This document shows, piece by piece, positions 18,753-29,049 of a stretch of 64,000 nt of DNA. Positions within the stretch are counted from its first letter, which is position 1. Every line of letters starts with the position of its first letter. Location of the stretch: the sequence record SRR20825019_235; one strand, written 5' to 3'. The position numbers were made by a program, and so were the translations under genes. Under the pieces are notes generated by a model, which did no database searches, was not told the DNA's origin, and saw only the letters and a program-made list of their open reading frames with translations.

Positions 18753-19408
18753 CGCGACCCGAAAATTGAACTTCCAACTCGAACCATAGTGCTTCCTTCT
18801 TCAATGGCAATCAAGTAATCGGAAGACATTCCCATAGAAAGATGCTTAAAGCCAGGGTTAAATTTGAAATATTTGCTTTGAATTACATTGAAGTAGTTTT
18901 CGAGCGTTCTAAATTCTTCCCTAATTTGTTCAGTATCATCCGTAAATGTTGCCATTCCCATTAATCCAACAATGGAGATGTTTCTCATCAAAAAGAATTC
19001 TTCGGACTCAAGAATTTCCATCGTTTCTTCTATCGAAAGACCGAATTTAGTGTCTTCTGAAGCAATATGGAACTGAAGTAAGCATTCGATCATTCGATCA
19101 TTTTTAGCTGCTTGCTTATTCACTTCGGCTAGTAGTCGAAGCGAATCAATGGAATGAATCATGCTAACGAAAGGCGCAATGAACTTGACCTTATTTGTTT
19201 GCAGGTGTCCAATTAAGTGCCATTGTATGTCTTTCGGTAGCGATTCCTGTTTTTCGCACAACTCTTGAACCTTGTTCTCACCAAAGATGCGCTGTCCAGC
19301 ATTATATGCTTCCAATACAATGTTAGCAGGGTGTGTTTTTGACACAGCGACTAGCACTACATCTTCAGGCAAAGTAGACTTAATCTTATTAAGTGAGTCT
19401 GAAATCAT
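18749..19408 (-). CDS. yggS: PLP homeostasis protein YggS
   Basis: LVAVSKT, FGENKVQE, WHLIGHLQTNK, LSMGMS.D, VRVGSSIFG. Confidence 0.95.
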   Translation of the reverse strand: MISDSLNKIKSTLPEDVVLVAVSKTHPANIVLEAYNAGQRIFGENKVQELCEKQESLPKDIQWHLIGHLQTNKVKFIAPFVSMIHSIDSLRLLAEVNKQAAKNDRMIECLLQFHIASEDTKFGLSIEETMEILESEEFFLMRNISIVGLMGMATFTDDTEQIREEFRTLENYFNVIQSKYFKFNPGFKHLSMGMSSDYLIAIEEGSTMVRVGSSIFGSR

Positions 19409-20643
19409 TCGTTAATATTATAGATGGTGAGTCCACTTCTTAGTTTCGGCTCCACCCAAGTCGATTTTGGCGGCATAATCATTTGGTGATCGGCAACACG
19501 TTTTACCTGCTCCATACTCACAGGGTATAGCAAAAATGCAGCAGCATACGTTCCAGAATCAACCTTTTGGATTAATTTCTCAATTGGTTCTGCACCACTC
19601 AAAAATGAGATATTGGGATCCGTTTTTAAATCTTCAATTCCCAAAATTGGAGAAAGAATATAATCCGTAAGAATTTGTGGGTCCAATGATTTAACCGGAT
19701 GATCTGGGTTTAGTATTGAGTCCTTCGAAACCAAAGAAAACCATTCACCTTGGAGATAAAGTCCGAAAGTGTGCTCATTTTTTGGCGTGAAAACTTCATC
19801 TTTTTTCGATATCGTGAAATGAGCGCTCAACTTTTCGATGAATTCTTCTTTCGATAAATTGTTTAGCGATCGCACGAGACGGTTAAATTCAAGAATTTTG
19901 AGCTTTCGTTCGTCCATCATGCATGCGAGGAAAAAGTCCTCGTTTGGATAGTTGTGGTCGTTGCTTTCTCTCATTTTTTTGAGTCCAGCAGATGAGGCAC
20001 TTCTATGATGTCCATCCGCTATGTAGAGGTCAGATACATCTTCAAAGGCTTTAACGAAGGCAATAGTCTCCAAAGGATTCAATTTCCAAAGTTCGTGTTT
20101 AATCCGATCAGTGGTACTGAATTCATATTCTGGTCGCTGAAGAAGCACTTCTTCAATTAAAAGATCAATGTGATTATTTCCCAAATAGGAGAGAAGCACA
20201 GGTTCCGCGTTGTACCCAACGATGTTCAGGTAATTCGTGAACACTCTTTCGCGAGAAGTGAGCGTTGCCTCGTGCTTTTTGATCTTATCATTTGCATATT
20301 CCTCAATACTCGCACCACCAATAATTCCGGTGAATTGATTTCCATCCTTAGTCTGACGATAAATGTACAGAGAAGGGACGTCCTCGTGAATTAGAATGCC
20401 TTCATTCAAGAATTCGTCGTAGCGCTCAAGCACCAACTCGAAACGTTCATCCGAGTTTGGATCTGTTTTCGCATCGGGATTTAAACCGAATTCAGGATTA
20501 ATTATATGAAGAAATGTATAAGGATTATCTTCAAGTTTTGCATCTAGTACGTTCTTTTTATAGGAATAATAAGGACGCGTAGCTACGAGATGCACTTTAT
20601 CCCGCGACGGACGAATTGCTCTGAATGGACGAATTTTAGACAT
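19405..20643 (-). CDS. DUF1015 family protein (ParB/Srx-like motif)
   Basis: IRPFRAIRP, IKKHE.T, YIADGHHR, MPPKSTWVEPKLRSGL. Confidence 0.92.
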   Translation of the reverse strand: MSKIRPFRAIRPSRDKVHLVATRPYYSYKKNVLDAKLEDNPYTFLHIINPEFGLNPDAKTDPNSDERFELVLERYDEFLNEGILIHEDVPSLYIYRQTKDGNQFTGIIGGASIEEYANDKIKKHEATLTSRERVFTNYLNIVGYNAEPVLLSYLGNNHIDLLIEEVLLQRPEYEFSTTDRIKHELWKLNPLETIAFVKAFEDVSDLYIADGHHRSASSAGLKKMRESNDHNYPNEDFFLACMMDERKLKILEFNRLVRSLNNLSKEEFIEKLSAHFTISKKDEVFTPKNEHTFGLYLQGEWFSLVSKDSILNPDHPVKSLDPQILTDYILSPILGIEDLKTDPNISFLSGAEPIEKLIQKVDSGTYAAAFLLYPVSMEQVKRVADHQMIMPPKSTWVEPKLRSGLTIYNINE

Positions 20644-20652
20644 TTACGAGAA

Positions 20653-21612
20653 TCAGTTAAATGTACCGAAATGTGAAATAATTGTTTCAGCTAACTCAAC
20701 TCCAATTCGATCTTGAGCTTCAAGCGTTGCTGCGCCAATATGTGGAGTACAAGCAATCTTAGGGTTTGACAACAGGTCTTTTCTTGGGTTTGGCTCATTT
20801 TCAAATACATCTAATGCTACAGATGCTACTTTTCCACTTTCGATAGCGTTAAGAAGCGCTTGTTCATCAATTACCCCACCGCGAGCTGCGTTAATAATTC
20901 GAACGCCGTCTTTCATTAATTCGAATTCATCCGCACCAAATACAGCAGAACCGTCCGATTGCTTAGGAACATGAATTGAGATATAATCAGCCTTTCCAAT
21001 GACATTTTTCAGTACTGAATCTGGAGTGACCTTTGCTTCAGCCTTTACTCCGTTTCCTAATTCCAATGAAATTATTCTTTCATTGGTATCTAAATCGACA
21101 GCCAAAACATCCATTCCGCAACCAATAGCATAAGAAGCTAGGCTTTGACCGATTCTTCCAAAACCAATAATTGCAATTGTTTTTCCGCGCAATTCAACTC
21201 CTTTTCCGTATTTCTTCTTGAGTGTGTTGAAATCACCATGTTCCATATTTTTATAGGAGTCATTCAAGGATCTTGATATAGCAAGCATGTGACCCATTAC
21301 TAATTCAGCAACAGATTGAGATGAAGCACTTGGCGTATTAGCAACAATTCTACCAACACTGCGAGCGTGTACAACGTCAATATTGTCCATACCAACACCT
21401 CCACGACCGATAAATTTCAGCTTTGGACATGCATCAATTAACTCCTTTCTTGCTGTTGTAGCACTTCTCACTAATAGTATTTCGAAATTCTCTTCGTTTA
21501 TTGCTTGTTGTAAATTTTCTTGTTCAATTTTTTGAGTAGAAACTGTATATCCTGCTCTCGTTAATGCATCGATACCTGATTGAGATATTCCGTCATTCGC
21601 TAATACTTTCAT
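20653..21612 (-). CDS. serA: D-3-phosphoglycerate dehydrogenase (short form, no ACT domain)
   Basis: RGGVGMDNID, GFGRIG, INAARGG, LDVFENEP, TPHIGAAT.EAQ; follows serC. Confidence 0.9.
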   Translation of the reverse strand: MKVLANDGISQSGIDALTRAGYTVSTQKIEQENLQQAINEENFEILLVRSATTARKELIDACPKLKFIGRGGVGMDNIDVVHARSVGRIVANTPSASSQSVAELVMGHMLAISRSLNDSYKNMEHGDFNTLKKKYGKGVELRGKTIAIIGFGRIGQSLASYAIGCGMDVLAVDLDTNERIISLELGNGVKAEAKVTPDSVLKNVIGKADYISIHVPKQSDGSAVFGADEFELMKDGVRIINAARGGVIDEQALLNAIESGKVASVALDVFENEPNPRKDLLSNPKIACTPHIGAATLEAQDRIGVELAETIISHFGTFN

Positions 21613-21618
21613 CTTTTA

Positions 21619-22686
21619 TTATCCGTTTTTTCTTGTGAATTCTTTCATAATATCGACTAATACCTGAACACTTTCCAAAGGAAGCGCATTGTACATTGAT
21701 GCTCTGTAGCCACCAGCAGATCGATGTCCTGTAATCCCAACAATTCCTTCCGATTTCCAGAAAGCATCAAAAGCGGGCATTAAATTTTCATCATTCATGA
21801 GGAAAGTAATGTTCATTAGAGATCGATCGTTAGTCTCAACAATTCCTTTAAACAAAGGATTCGAATCGATTTCACCGTAAAGTAATTTAGCTTTAGCCTC
21901 ATTTCTAGAAGCCGCAGCTTGAACACCTCCTGAAGCAATTAGATTTCTCAAATTAAGCATAGATGCATAAACTGAAAAAACGGGCGGCGTGTTAAGCATA
22001 GAGTCTTTCGAAGCATGACTTTTTAAATCCAAGTATTTCGGCATAAATTCAGAAGTCGACTTACCTAAAACACTGTCTTTCAAGATGTATAGAGTTGCTC
22101 CTGCCGGTCCAAGATTCTTTTGAGCTCCTGCGTAGATAAGATCAAATTTCGAAACGTCAACTGGTTTAGAAAAAATATCAGAAGACATATCGCAAACCAA
22201 AGGACTATTTACATTAGGAATCACTTTGAATTGCGTTCCGAAAATGGTGTTATTCGAAGTGTAATGAATATAATCTGCATCAGCAGGAGTGTTAGCTAAA
22301 CTCGGAATGTAAGAGAAATTTTTGTCTTCAGAAGACGCAAATACGTTTACGTTTACTCCAACTGCAGTAGCTTCTTGAATAGCTCCAGTAGACCATGTTC
22401 CAGTATTAACATATCCTGCAGTTTTTCGCTCTCTCATCATGTTCAATGCAGCGATCGTAAATCCAAGTGTTGCTCCACCTTGCAAAAATAGAACAGTGTA
22501 TCCATCAGGAACGTTTAGAGCATCTTTAACTAAGCTTCGTGCCTCGTCCATTACTTTCACAAAGTCAGAACTCCTGTGGGATATTTCTAAAAGAGAAAGC
22601 CCATTAAAATCAATAACCGCCTCAGCTGATTGTTTAAATACGTCTTGCGGAAGAATGCACGGTCCCGCACCAAAATTGTGTTTCAT
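21619..22686 (-). CDS. serC: Phosphoserine aminotransferase
   Basis: NFGAGP, EISHRS, FLQGGA, DMSSD, AGAQKNLGPAG, GHRSAGGYRASMYNA. Confidence 0.96.
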   Translation of the reverse strand: MKHNFGAGPCILPQDVFKQSAEAVIDFNGLSLLEISHRSSDFVKVMDEARSLVKDALNVPDGYTVLFLQGGATLGFTIAALNMMRERKTAGYVNTGTWSTGAIQEATAVGVNVNVFASSEDKNFSYIPSLANTPADADYIHYTSNNTIFGTQFKVIPNVNSPLVCDMSSDIFSKPVDVSKFDLIYAGAQKNLGPAGATLYILKDSVLGKSTSEFMPKYLDLKSHASKDSMLNTPPVFSVYASMLNLRNLIASGGVQAAASRNEAKAKLLYGEIDSNPLFKGIVETNDRSLMNITFLMNDENLMPAFDAFWKSEGIVGITGHRSAGGYRASMYNALPLESVQVLVDIMKEFTRKNG

Positions 22687-22704
22687 TCGATTAATTTATT
22701 TATC

Positions 22705-22727
22705 AAAAAAAAGCTGCCCAAGGCAGC
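22705..22727 (-). terminator. Rho-independent terminator after the THX gene
   Basis: GCTGCC/GGCAGC stem with a T8 tail on the minus strand. Confidence 0.75.
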
Positions 22728-22734
22728 CTGTTAT

Positions 22735-22947
22735 TTATTTTTCTTTGGATTCCTTATCTTTTTTTGGGGTAGCCTTTTTGGCAGGAGCTTTCTTTACAGC
22801 AACTTTTTTAGTTTCCGCTTTTTTTTCGGTCGCTTTTTTCGGTGTTTTCACAGCAGTGACAGAATTACTTTTGTTTTTCTTTCGAGTATTCCCGAAAGAT
22901 CCCATAGTTCTCTTACCCTTAGTTGTTTTTTTATCTCCTTTACCCAT
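22735..22947 (-). CDS. 30S ribosomal protein THX family with Lys/Ala-rich tail
   Basis: MGKGDKKTTKGKRTMGSFG N-terminus; own TATATTTG promoter (22976-22983) and terminator. Confidence 0.8.
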   Translation of the reverse strand: MGKGDKKTTKGKRTMGSFGNTRKKNKSNSVTAVKTPKKATEKKAETKKVAVKKAPAKKATPKKDKESKEK

Positions 22948-22983
22948 AAATCTGTTTTTAGATTAACTGTCTATACAAATATA

Positions 22984-23658
22984 TTATTCTTTTCCGATAA
23001 ATCGATTTTCGAGTTCCTTAACCACGTCCTCTCCTTTATTGATATATCTCTTACACCAATCTAGTTTTAGATCCGTTTGTTGATCTTCGTTCAAAAGCCA
23101 ATCCACATCCGAGTTTTCTAGTCTTGTTCTAAGCTTACTGAGGATAATCGCTGCCGATACACTTACATTATAGCTCTCCGTAAAGCCGAACATGGGAAGT
23201 GATATAAGCTCATCGCAATTTTCAAGCATTAATTTACTAATGCCTTCACGTTCAGTTCCAAAAAACAATGCAATTGGTTGATCTATCGGGAGTGTTTCGA
23301 TAGTTTTTTCAGCACTCGGAGATGTTGCAACTATTCTATATCCCTTTTCGCGAAGATATTCAATGCATTGTTGGGTACTATTATCTCCATCAAATGCATT
23401 AATTGTCAACCAATTTTCTGCCCCCTTTGAGATCCGACTTTCTCTGACTGATTCAATGCTTTTGCCAATAAGTTGCAACTCTTGAACTCCGAGGCAATCG
23501 CAGGTTCGCAGAATTGCTGCGGTATTGTGGTTTTTTTGGAAATTCTCAAGAACCACGGATAAATGAAATGTTCTCTGCGTAGCGATTCTTTCAAATCGAT
23601 CTTGTTTTTCGCCAGAAATCATTTCATACAATTTTCCTAATATGATTTTGTCTCTCAT
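22984..23658 (-). CDS. SpoU/TrmH-family RNA methyltransferase
   Basis: VVLEN....HN.AAILRTCD, FFGTEREGIS, LPMFGFTESYNVSVSA. Confidence 0.9.
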   Translation of the reverse strand: MRDKIILGKLYEMISGEKQDRFERIATQRTFHLSVVLENFQKNHNTAAILRTCDCLGVQELQLIGKSIESVRESRISKGAENWLTINAFDGDNSTQQCIEYLREKGYRIVATSPSAEKTIETLPIDQPIALFFGTEREGISKLMLENCDELISLPMFGFTESYNVSVSAAIILSKLRTRLENSDVDWLLNEDQQTDLKLDWCKRYINKGEDVVKELENRFIGKE

Positions 23659-23662
23659 GTAC

Positions 23663-23689
23663 AAAAAAAAAGGGAGTCGCAGACTCCCT
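23663..23689 (-). terminator. Rho-independent terminator after HU
   Basis: AGGGAGTC/GACTCCCT stem plus T-run on the minus strand. Confidence 0.85.
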
Positions 23690-23714
23690 CATTTAGATTT
23701 CGAAAATCTTAAGG

Positions 23715-23987
23715 TTAATTCACTTTACCTTGTAGATCTGCACCAGCTTTAAATCGAACTACATTTTTTGCAGCGATTTTAATTTCTTTTCCTGTTTGTG
23801 GATTTCTCCCAGTTCTAGCAGCACGCTGAGAAACAGAGAATGATCCGAATCCAACAAGTGAAATACGATCACCTTTCTTCAAAGCTCCCGCTGTTGTGTC
23901 AACAAACGCATCTAGTGCTCTTTTTGCATCTGCCTTTGAAATTCCAGCGTTTGATGCCATTGCATCGATTAATTCTGCTTTGTTCAT
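23715..23987 (-). CDS. hup: DNA-binding protein HU
   Basis: [15 protein letters not shown]...[22 protein letters not shown] promoter at 24027-24034. Confidence 0.97.
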   Translation of the reverse strand: MNKAELIDAMASNAGISKADAKRALDAFVDTTAGALKKGDRISLVGFGSFSVSQRAARTGRNPQTGKEIKIAAKNVVRFKAGADLQGKVN

Positions 23988-24141
23988 AGTCTTGGTTTTT
24001 AGTTTATTTAATTAAAGTTATCGCAACAAATATATCTGATTATTGTTCTGACACAAGGATACAGCGATAAAAAGCACTATAAATGTGGATAAAAACGATT
24101 TTTTGTTGAAAACATAGGAGTTTATCAGTGTTTATGGCAGT

Positions 24142-25107
24142 TTAATCCAGGGAAACATAGTCTTCTATTTTGTTTCCAATCGTAAATTCTTTAGCACTCA
24201 TTTTTCTTTTACCCTCCATTTGTATAGACTTGAATGTAATAAAGTAGTCTGAGCAAGGGAACATAATTCCAAATTCGGAAGAGGTTATTGATTCATTATT
24301 TTTTTTGCACAAAATACTTGTGCGTTCAGAATTGAATAACTTGAATTTCTTCTTCTCATTTTTATTCTTGTCCAATAACTCAATCCAAGCTCCGGGGTAT
24401 GGATCAAGTCCCCTACAAAAATTATGAACTACTTCGCAAGTTTTTGAAAAATCTATTCTGCAGTCTTCCTTGAATATTTTTGGAGCAAGGCTAATGTTTT
24501 CTGATTTTAAATCGTCTTGGTTAATGGGAGTGTAGTTTCCTGTGCTAATTTTATCCAAGGTGGACAATACAGTCTCTCCTCCAAGGATCATTAATCGATC
24601 GTGTAAAGAACCTACTGTCTCGTCTGCTCCTATCGTTAGCTCTTCTCGCTGAATAATTTCCCCAGTGTCGATTTCTTCTTCGATGAAAAAAGTAGTTACT
24701 CCCGTTTTTGATTCCCCATTAATAATGGCCCAGTTGATTGGGGCTGCGCCTCTATAATTTGGTAATAACGAAGCATGTAGATTTATCGTACCTAAAGGTG
24801 GCATTCCCCACACAATTTTAGGGAGCATTCTGAAGGCTACTACAACAAATAATTCAGCATCAAGTTTTTGCAGTTCATCAATGAAGTCTGGATCTTTTAA
24901 ATTTGTTGGTTGAAGAATTGTAAGGTTCTTTTCTTTCGCATAAATTTTAACGGCACTTTCGTTCAGTTTTCTTCCTCGTCCAGCGGGTTTGTCGGGTGCT
25001 GTGATTACACCAACGACTTCATGTCTCGATTCCACAATTTCGTTGAGTATTGAAACGGCAAAATCTGGAGTTCCCATGAAAATCGTTCTTAATTTTTTTG
25101 CGCTCAT
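24142..25107 (-). CDS. fmt: Methionyl-tRNA formyltransferase
   Basis: IFMGTPDFA, PDKPAGRG, INLHASLLPNYRGAAPINW; start trimmed to MSAKK (ATGA overlap with MATE stop). Confidence 0.95.
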   Translation of the reverse strand: MSAKKLRTIFMGTPDFAVSILNEIVESRHEVVGVITAPDKPAGRGRKLNESAVKIYAKEKNLTILQPTNLKDPDFIDELQKLDAELFVVVAFRMLPKIVWGMPPLGTINLHASLLPNYRGAAPINWAIINGESKTGVTTFFIEEEIDTGEIIQREELTIGADETVGSLHDRLMILGGETVLSTLDKISTGNYTPINQDDLKSENISLAPKIFKEDCRIDFSKTCEVVHNFCRGLDPYPGAWIELLDKNKNEKKKFKLFNSERTSILCKKNNESITSSEFGIMFPCSDYFITFKSIQMEGKRKMSAKEFTIGNKIEDYVSLD

Positions 25108-26435
25108 ATTTTTTTCTTTTTCCAATTGGATTTTGATAAGTAGATGTAGGAAGTTAGTCCCATGGTTCCAAAGTATATATATTCTATTGACCAAACCCAG
25201 AAGATATCTAAAAGTAGAACTCGAATAAATAAATAGGCGAAGAAAATATAAACAGCAACGGATGCTATTTCAACAGCTAATGTCCATTTTGTGTTTCCAC
25301 TTCCTGAAATAGCTTGGAAGTAAACACTGAAAAAACCATACATAAATATAGATCCGAAAATAAATCGGAGTATAGAAGCGCTTTTTTCAATATACATTTC
25401 TTCTGGGTTGACCATTAAAATGAGCTTTTCGGGGTAAATGAGTGCTCCATGAAAAAAGAGAACGAGAAATAGAATTGTTAAGAGCTGGATTCTCTTCATG
25501 ATGATCGGAATTGCTTCATAATTGGAATTTCCTAAGTATTGACTAACGTAGGTTTTTGTTGTAGCTGCGAATCCCCAAATGGGAACGAAGGCTAAGAAGT
25601 AAATGGAACGAATGTTTTGTGAAACGGTTAATTCAAAGAGTCCCATTTGTTCAATCCAAAAGAAGAATACGGTCCACGTGAGTAATGCAATTAAGCCTTG
25701 AACCATAATTGGCGAACTAACGGATAGGATTTTTTTGATTGAGGCGAGTCGAACGCGACTAAACGATAGCAATGAATACTTCCCAGTTTTCTTTTGAATG
25801 ATGAGCACCGATCCAACTAAGAATACGGCGCTGAGAATGTCAGCACAATTGGAAGCTAACGCAGCTCCTTCAATTCCCAATGCCGGAATTTTTAAATTGC
25901 CGAAAATGAAAACGTAATCGAGGATTATGTTTGATACCGCGGTTAGAAGAGCACTCAAAAGCACGAGTCTGGTTTTTCCAATCGCCGTAAGATAGGCGAT
26001 AAGAGAAAGTGAAATGAAAGAAAAGAATAGTCCAAAGCTTCTCATTTTTAAATAACCGTTTTCAAGCACTTCTAATTGTGGATTTTCAACGGCTGATCGG
26101 ATAATAGTTGGAAGGATCGTTTGGACTAACAGAAATAGTATTCCAGCGATAACTAGATTTAAAACAAATCCAGAACTGAACACCATGGAAATTGAATTCT
26201 CCTTTCTTTGTCCAATTCTCCGTGCAATAATGATCTGTAAACCATCATTGAGCCCAACTAAAAGCATGAACAAGGAGATGTAAATTAAGCCAGCATTGCC
26301 AGCCGCATCGAATTCAGGAGTGCCGTAGCGACTTAGGAAAGCTGAATCCGTTAAAAGCACAATCGATTGTATAAATGTCGAGCCCATTAATGGAACAGCC
26401 ACAGACAGTATCGTGCGATAATTGTAGTCCAGCAT
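25104..26435 (-). CDS. MATE-family efflux transporter
   Basis: About 12 TM segments; NIILDYVFIFG...P.LGIEGAALAS. Confidence 0.9.
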   Translation of the reverse strand: MLDYNYRTILSVAVPLMGSTFIQSIVLLTDSAFLSRYGTPEFDAAGNAGLIYISLFMLLVGLNDGLQIIIARRIGQRKENSISMVFSSGFVLNLVIAGILFLLVQTILPTIIRSAVENPQLEVLENGYLKMRSFGLFFSFISLSLIAYLTAIGKTRLVLLSALLTAVSNIILDYVFIFGNLKIPALGIEGAALASNCADILSAVFLVGSVLIIQKKTGKYSLLSFSRVRLASIKKILSVSSPIMVQGLIALLTWTVFFFWIEQMGLFELTVSQNIRSIYFLAFVPIWGFAATTKTYVSQYLGNSNYEAIPIIMKRIQLLTILFLVLFFHGALIYPEKLILMVNPEEMYIEKSASILRFIFGSIFMYGFFSVYFQAISGSGNTKWTLAVEIASVAVYIFFAYLFIRVLLLDIFWVWSIEYIYFGTMGLTSYIYLSKSNWKKKKI

Positions 26436-27607
26436 TAATCTACTTGAATAACAAGCCCTTTTAGGTACTCTCCTTCAGGGTGAAACGCGTTAATTGGATG
26501 ATCCGCAGGTTGATGCAGTTGCTCGAGTATTCGAACTTTTCTGCCTGCTTCAATCGCGGCTGCAATTATTGTGTTAGTAAACAATTGTTTGTCTACTACC
26601 TGCGAACAAGAGAAAGTAAATATGATTCCACCTGGTTTGATTTGACGAATTGTATGAGCATTCAATCGTTTGTAACCTTGAACCGCTTTATGTCTCTTAT
26701 CACGGTGTTTTGCAAACGCTGGTGGATCAAGAACTATAATATCGTATTCTTCGTTGAGTTCTTTCATGTACTCCATAGCGTCTGCCGCAATAGACAAATG
26801 CTTTACAGGGAAATTGTTTAACTCAACATTGTCGTCTGTAAGTTGAATGGCTTTTTTTGAGCTGTCCAAAGAGTGAACGAGTTCTGCTCCGTGTTGCATT
26901 GCTGTTAGACTAAATCCTCCAGAGTAACAAAATGTATTTAAAACTGATTTTCCTTGAGAATATTTTCCAAGTAATTTTCTGTTTTCTCGCTGATCGATGA
27001 AGAATCCAGTTTTTTGGCCTTTTATCCAATCAATATTGAACTTAACTCCATTTTCTATTGCGATATGAGGCGTTTCACAAGTCCCAAAAATGTATTCATC
27101 CTTAGCTTCAATTCTTTCTGGTAAGGTATCTGAAGATTTGGAATAGATAGCCGTCAATTCTTTCGATAGGGCAGAGGTGAAGGCTGCTTTGATTAAATCA
27201 AGGGAGTTGTACATGCCAATACTGTGACATTGAATAACAACCACGCCATTGTAATAATCAGCAATCAATCCTGGTAATCCATCTCCTTCTCCATGTACAA
27301 GTCGACAAATAGAATTGTCTTCACGGAATAGATTCTGCTTTTTTCGTGTTTCAACTGCGTTGGCAATAACGCGATCGAAGAACTTTTGATCTAACTCTTC
27401 GTCCTCAAAAGTTAAAATACGAACAGAAATCGTCGCATGTTGAAAATGACCTCTCGCAAGAAAACGCCTTCTGTTATCAACAACTGTAACACAATCTCCA
27501 TCCTTAAGATCAACTACTTCTGAGGCAATTGCACCAGAGAAAATCCAAGGATGCATACGCTCTATTGAATGAAGTTTGTTCTTTCTGATTTGTACTGTGT
27601 TTTCCAT
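26435..27607 (-). CDS. rlmI: 23S rRNA m5C1962 methyltransferase RlmI-like
   Basis: HPWIFSGA (PUA), GEGDGLPGL, GQKTGFFIDQRENR, LDPPAF; start trimmed to MENTV. Confidence 0.9.
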   Translation of the reverse strand: MENTVQIRKNKLHSIERMHPWIFSGAIASEVVDLKDGDCVTVVDNRRRFLARGHFQHATISVRILTFEDEELDQKFFDRVIANAVETRKKQNLFREDNSICRLVHGEGDGLPGLIADYYNGVVVIQCHSIGMYNSLDLIKAAFTSALSKELTAIYSKSSDTLPERIEAKDEYIFGTCETPHIAIENGVKFNIDWIKGQKTGFFIDQRENRKLLGKYSQGKSVLNTFCYSGGFSLTAMQHGAELVHSLDSSKKAIQLTDDNVELNNFPVKHLSIAADAMEYMKELNEEYDIIVLDPPAFAKHRDKRHKAVQGYKRLNAHTIRQIKPGGIIFTFSCSQVVDKQLFTNTIIAAAIEAGRKVRILEQLHQPADHPINAFHPEGEYLKGLVIQVD

Positions 27608-27703
27608 GGAGTTTTCTTTAATGTTGACAAAAATAGTCGGAGTGAATGATAATGTGCCATTTTTACCGATGAAAGTTGATATTTTTGACCTAAAATTAAG
27701 TTT

Positions 27704-28123
27704 ATGAATTGTATAATTCATTTTTACCTATTGAATGCTCACTTTTCTGTTGAACATGCAGAGGAACACTATAATGGTGAAGAATCAGAGTTTAATAGAA
27801 AGTATGAGTGGGAAGATGAGTTGAAAATCACTTCTGAAGTAAGTGCTGTGGAGTCACATGAATTCGCGTCCTTTCCGTTGCAAGGCGAATTGGATGGAAA
27901 AGTATTTAAGCACGATATTGTAGATATGCGATTGTTTGAAATTAAAGGGGAGATTCCTGCAGTCGTTGGGTGTTCCGAGTCTATTTTGGATTCATACGTT
28001 ATTTCAAATGATAGTAACGGGTATAGAGTTGAGGTCTATTTGAAGGATTTTGAACCTATGGCGAATCCTATTCCTGGAATTTATATCGCATCTCAAGAAT
28101 TTCCTAAAGAGCTAGTATTTTAA
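27704..28123 (+). CDS. Hypothetical acidic protein
   Basis: ORF coupled (TAATG) to the downstream ATPase; no recognised motif. Confidence 0.7.
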   Translation: MNCIIHFYLLNAHFSVEHAEEHYNGEESEFNRKYEWEDELKITSEVSAVESHEFASFPLQGELDGKVFKHDIVDMRLFEIKGEIPAVVGCSESILDSYVISNDSNGYRVEVYLKDFEPMANPIPGIYIASQEFPKELVF

Positions 28124-29049
28124 TGTCTCTTTATCTAGAAAATATTGGATTACAAAGAGGAGATCGCTGGATTTTTAGAAATATCAATCTGACAATTCAG
28201 AAAGGGTCGATTACTGGAATAATTGGTGCTAGTGGAGCTGGAAAGACATCGCTTTTAAGTATCATGTCTGGATTGCTGGATGTTTCTGAAGGCGAGGTGT
28301 TCTTCAAAAAATCAAAAATAATTGGACCTTCTGTAAAATTGATTCCAGGATATGAAGAAGTTCAAATCGTGAATCAGGACTTTGGACTGGACATTTATCA
28401 TACGGTTGAAGAAAATGTACGTGAAAAAGTTCTTCATCTCCCCAAGGAAGATCAGTTAAAATTGATTGATGAAGTGCTTGAAATTGTTGAACTTACTTCT
28501 TTGAAGAAACAAAAAGCACATTTGTTATCAGGAGGAGAACAACAACGACTGGCATTAGCACGTGCTTGGGCTTGTGAACCTGAAGTATTGTTGCTGGATG
28601 AGCCTTTTGTTCATTTAGATCAACGCCTTAAATTCGGAGTAATTGGTTATCTTAAACGGTTGAATGAAGTTCGGAAAACAACGATCGTTCTGGTTTCCCA
28701 TGACGGTGCCGAAATGATGGGGGTTGTGGATGATATTCTTTGTTTGAAAGGCGGAGGGATTGATCGTAGAGATCTTCCTCAGAATATTTATTATGCGCCA
28801 TCGGATTATGAACAGGGGGTGCTTCTGGGAATCTTAAACAGACTCAATAAAGGAGGGGATGAGGTATTGTTTCGACCGAATGAGTACGTGCTTGATTCGA
28901 ATGAGATCTCAGTTAAATTCATTCGCTCTGTCGATACGGGATTAGTTGTCTACAATTATTTCCGCACCGAAAAAAATGAAGAAGTAATTCTTTCAGCTTC
29001 GGATGAAATGAGTAATGTAACGTGCTTCGGAATAAGAAAACGAATATGA
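28123..29049 (+). CDS. ABC transporter ATP-binding protein (FbpC/PotA-like)
   Basis: Walker A GASGAGKT, LSGGEQQR, LLLDEPF, SHD. Confidence 0.92.
   Translation: MSLYLENIGLQRGDRWIFRNINLTIQKGSITGIIGASGAGKTSLLSIMSGLLDVSEGEVFFKKSKIIGPSVKLIPGYEEVQIVNQDFGLDIYHTVEENVREKVLHLPKEDQLKLIDEVLEIVELTSLKKQKAHLLSGGEQQRLALARAWACEPEVLLLDEPFVHLDQRLKFGVIGYLKRLNEVRKTTIVLVSHDGAEMMGVVDDILCLKGGGIDRRDLPQNIYYAPSDYEQGVLLGILNRLNKGGDEVLFRPNEYVLDSNEISVKFIRSVDTGLVVYNYFRTEKNEEVILSASDEMSNVTCFGIRKRI

Noticed and set aside
22439-23064. Plus-strand 175-aa and 144-aa hydrophobic ORFs
   Set aside because: Antisense shadows of serC and the Lys-rich THX gene (AAA codons read as Phe)
23663-23671. Homopolymer A/T runs as phase-variation tracts (also 10053-10060 and 22705-22712)
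   Set aside because: Each is the U-tail of a terminator hairpin
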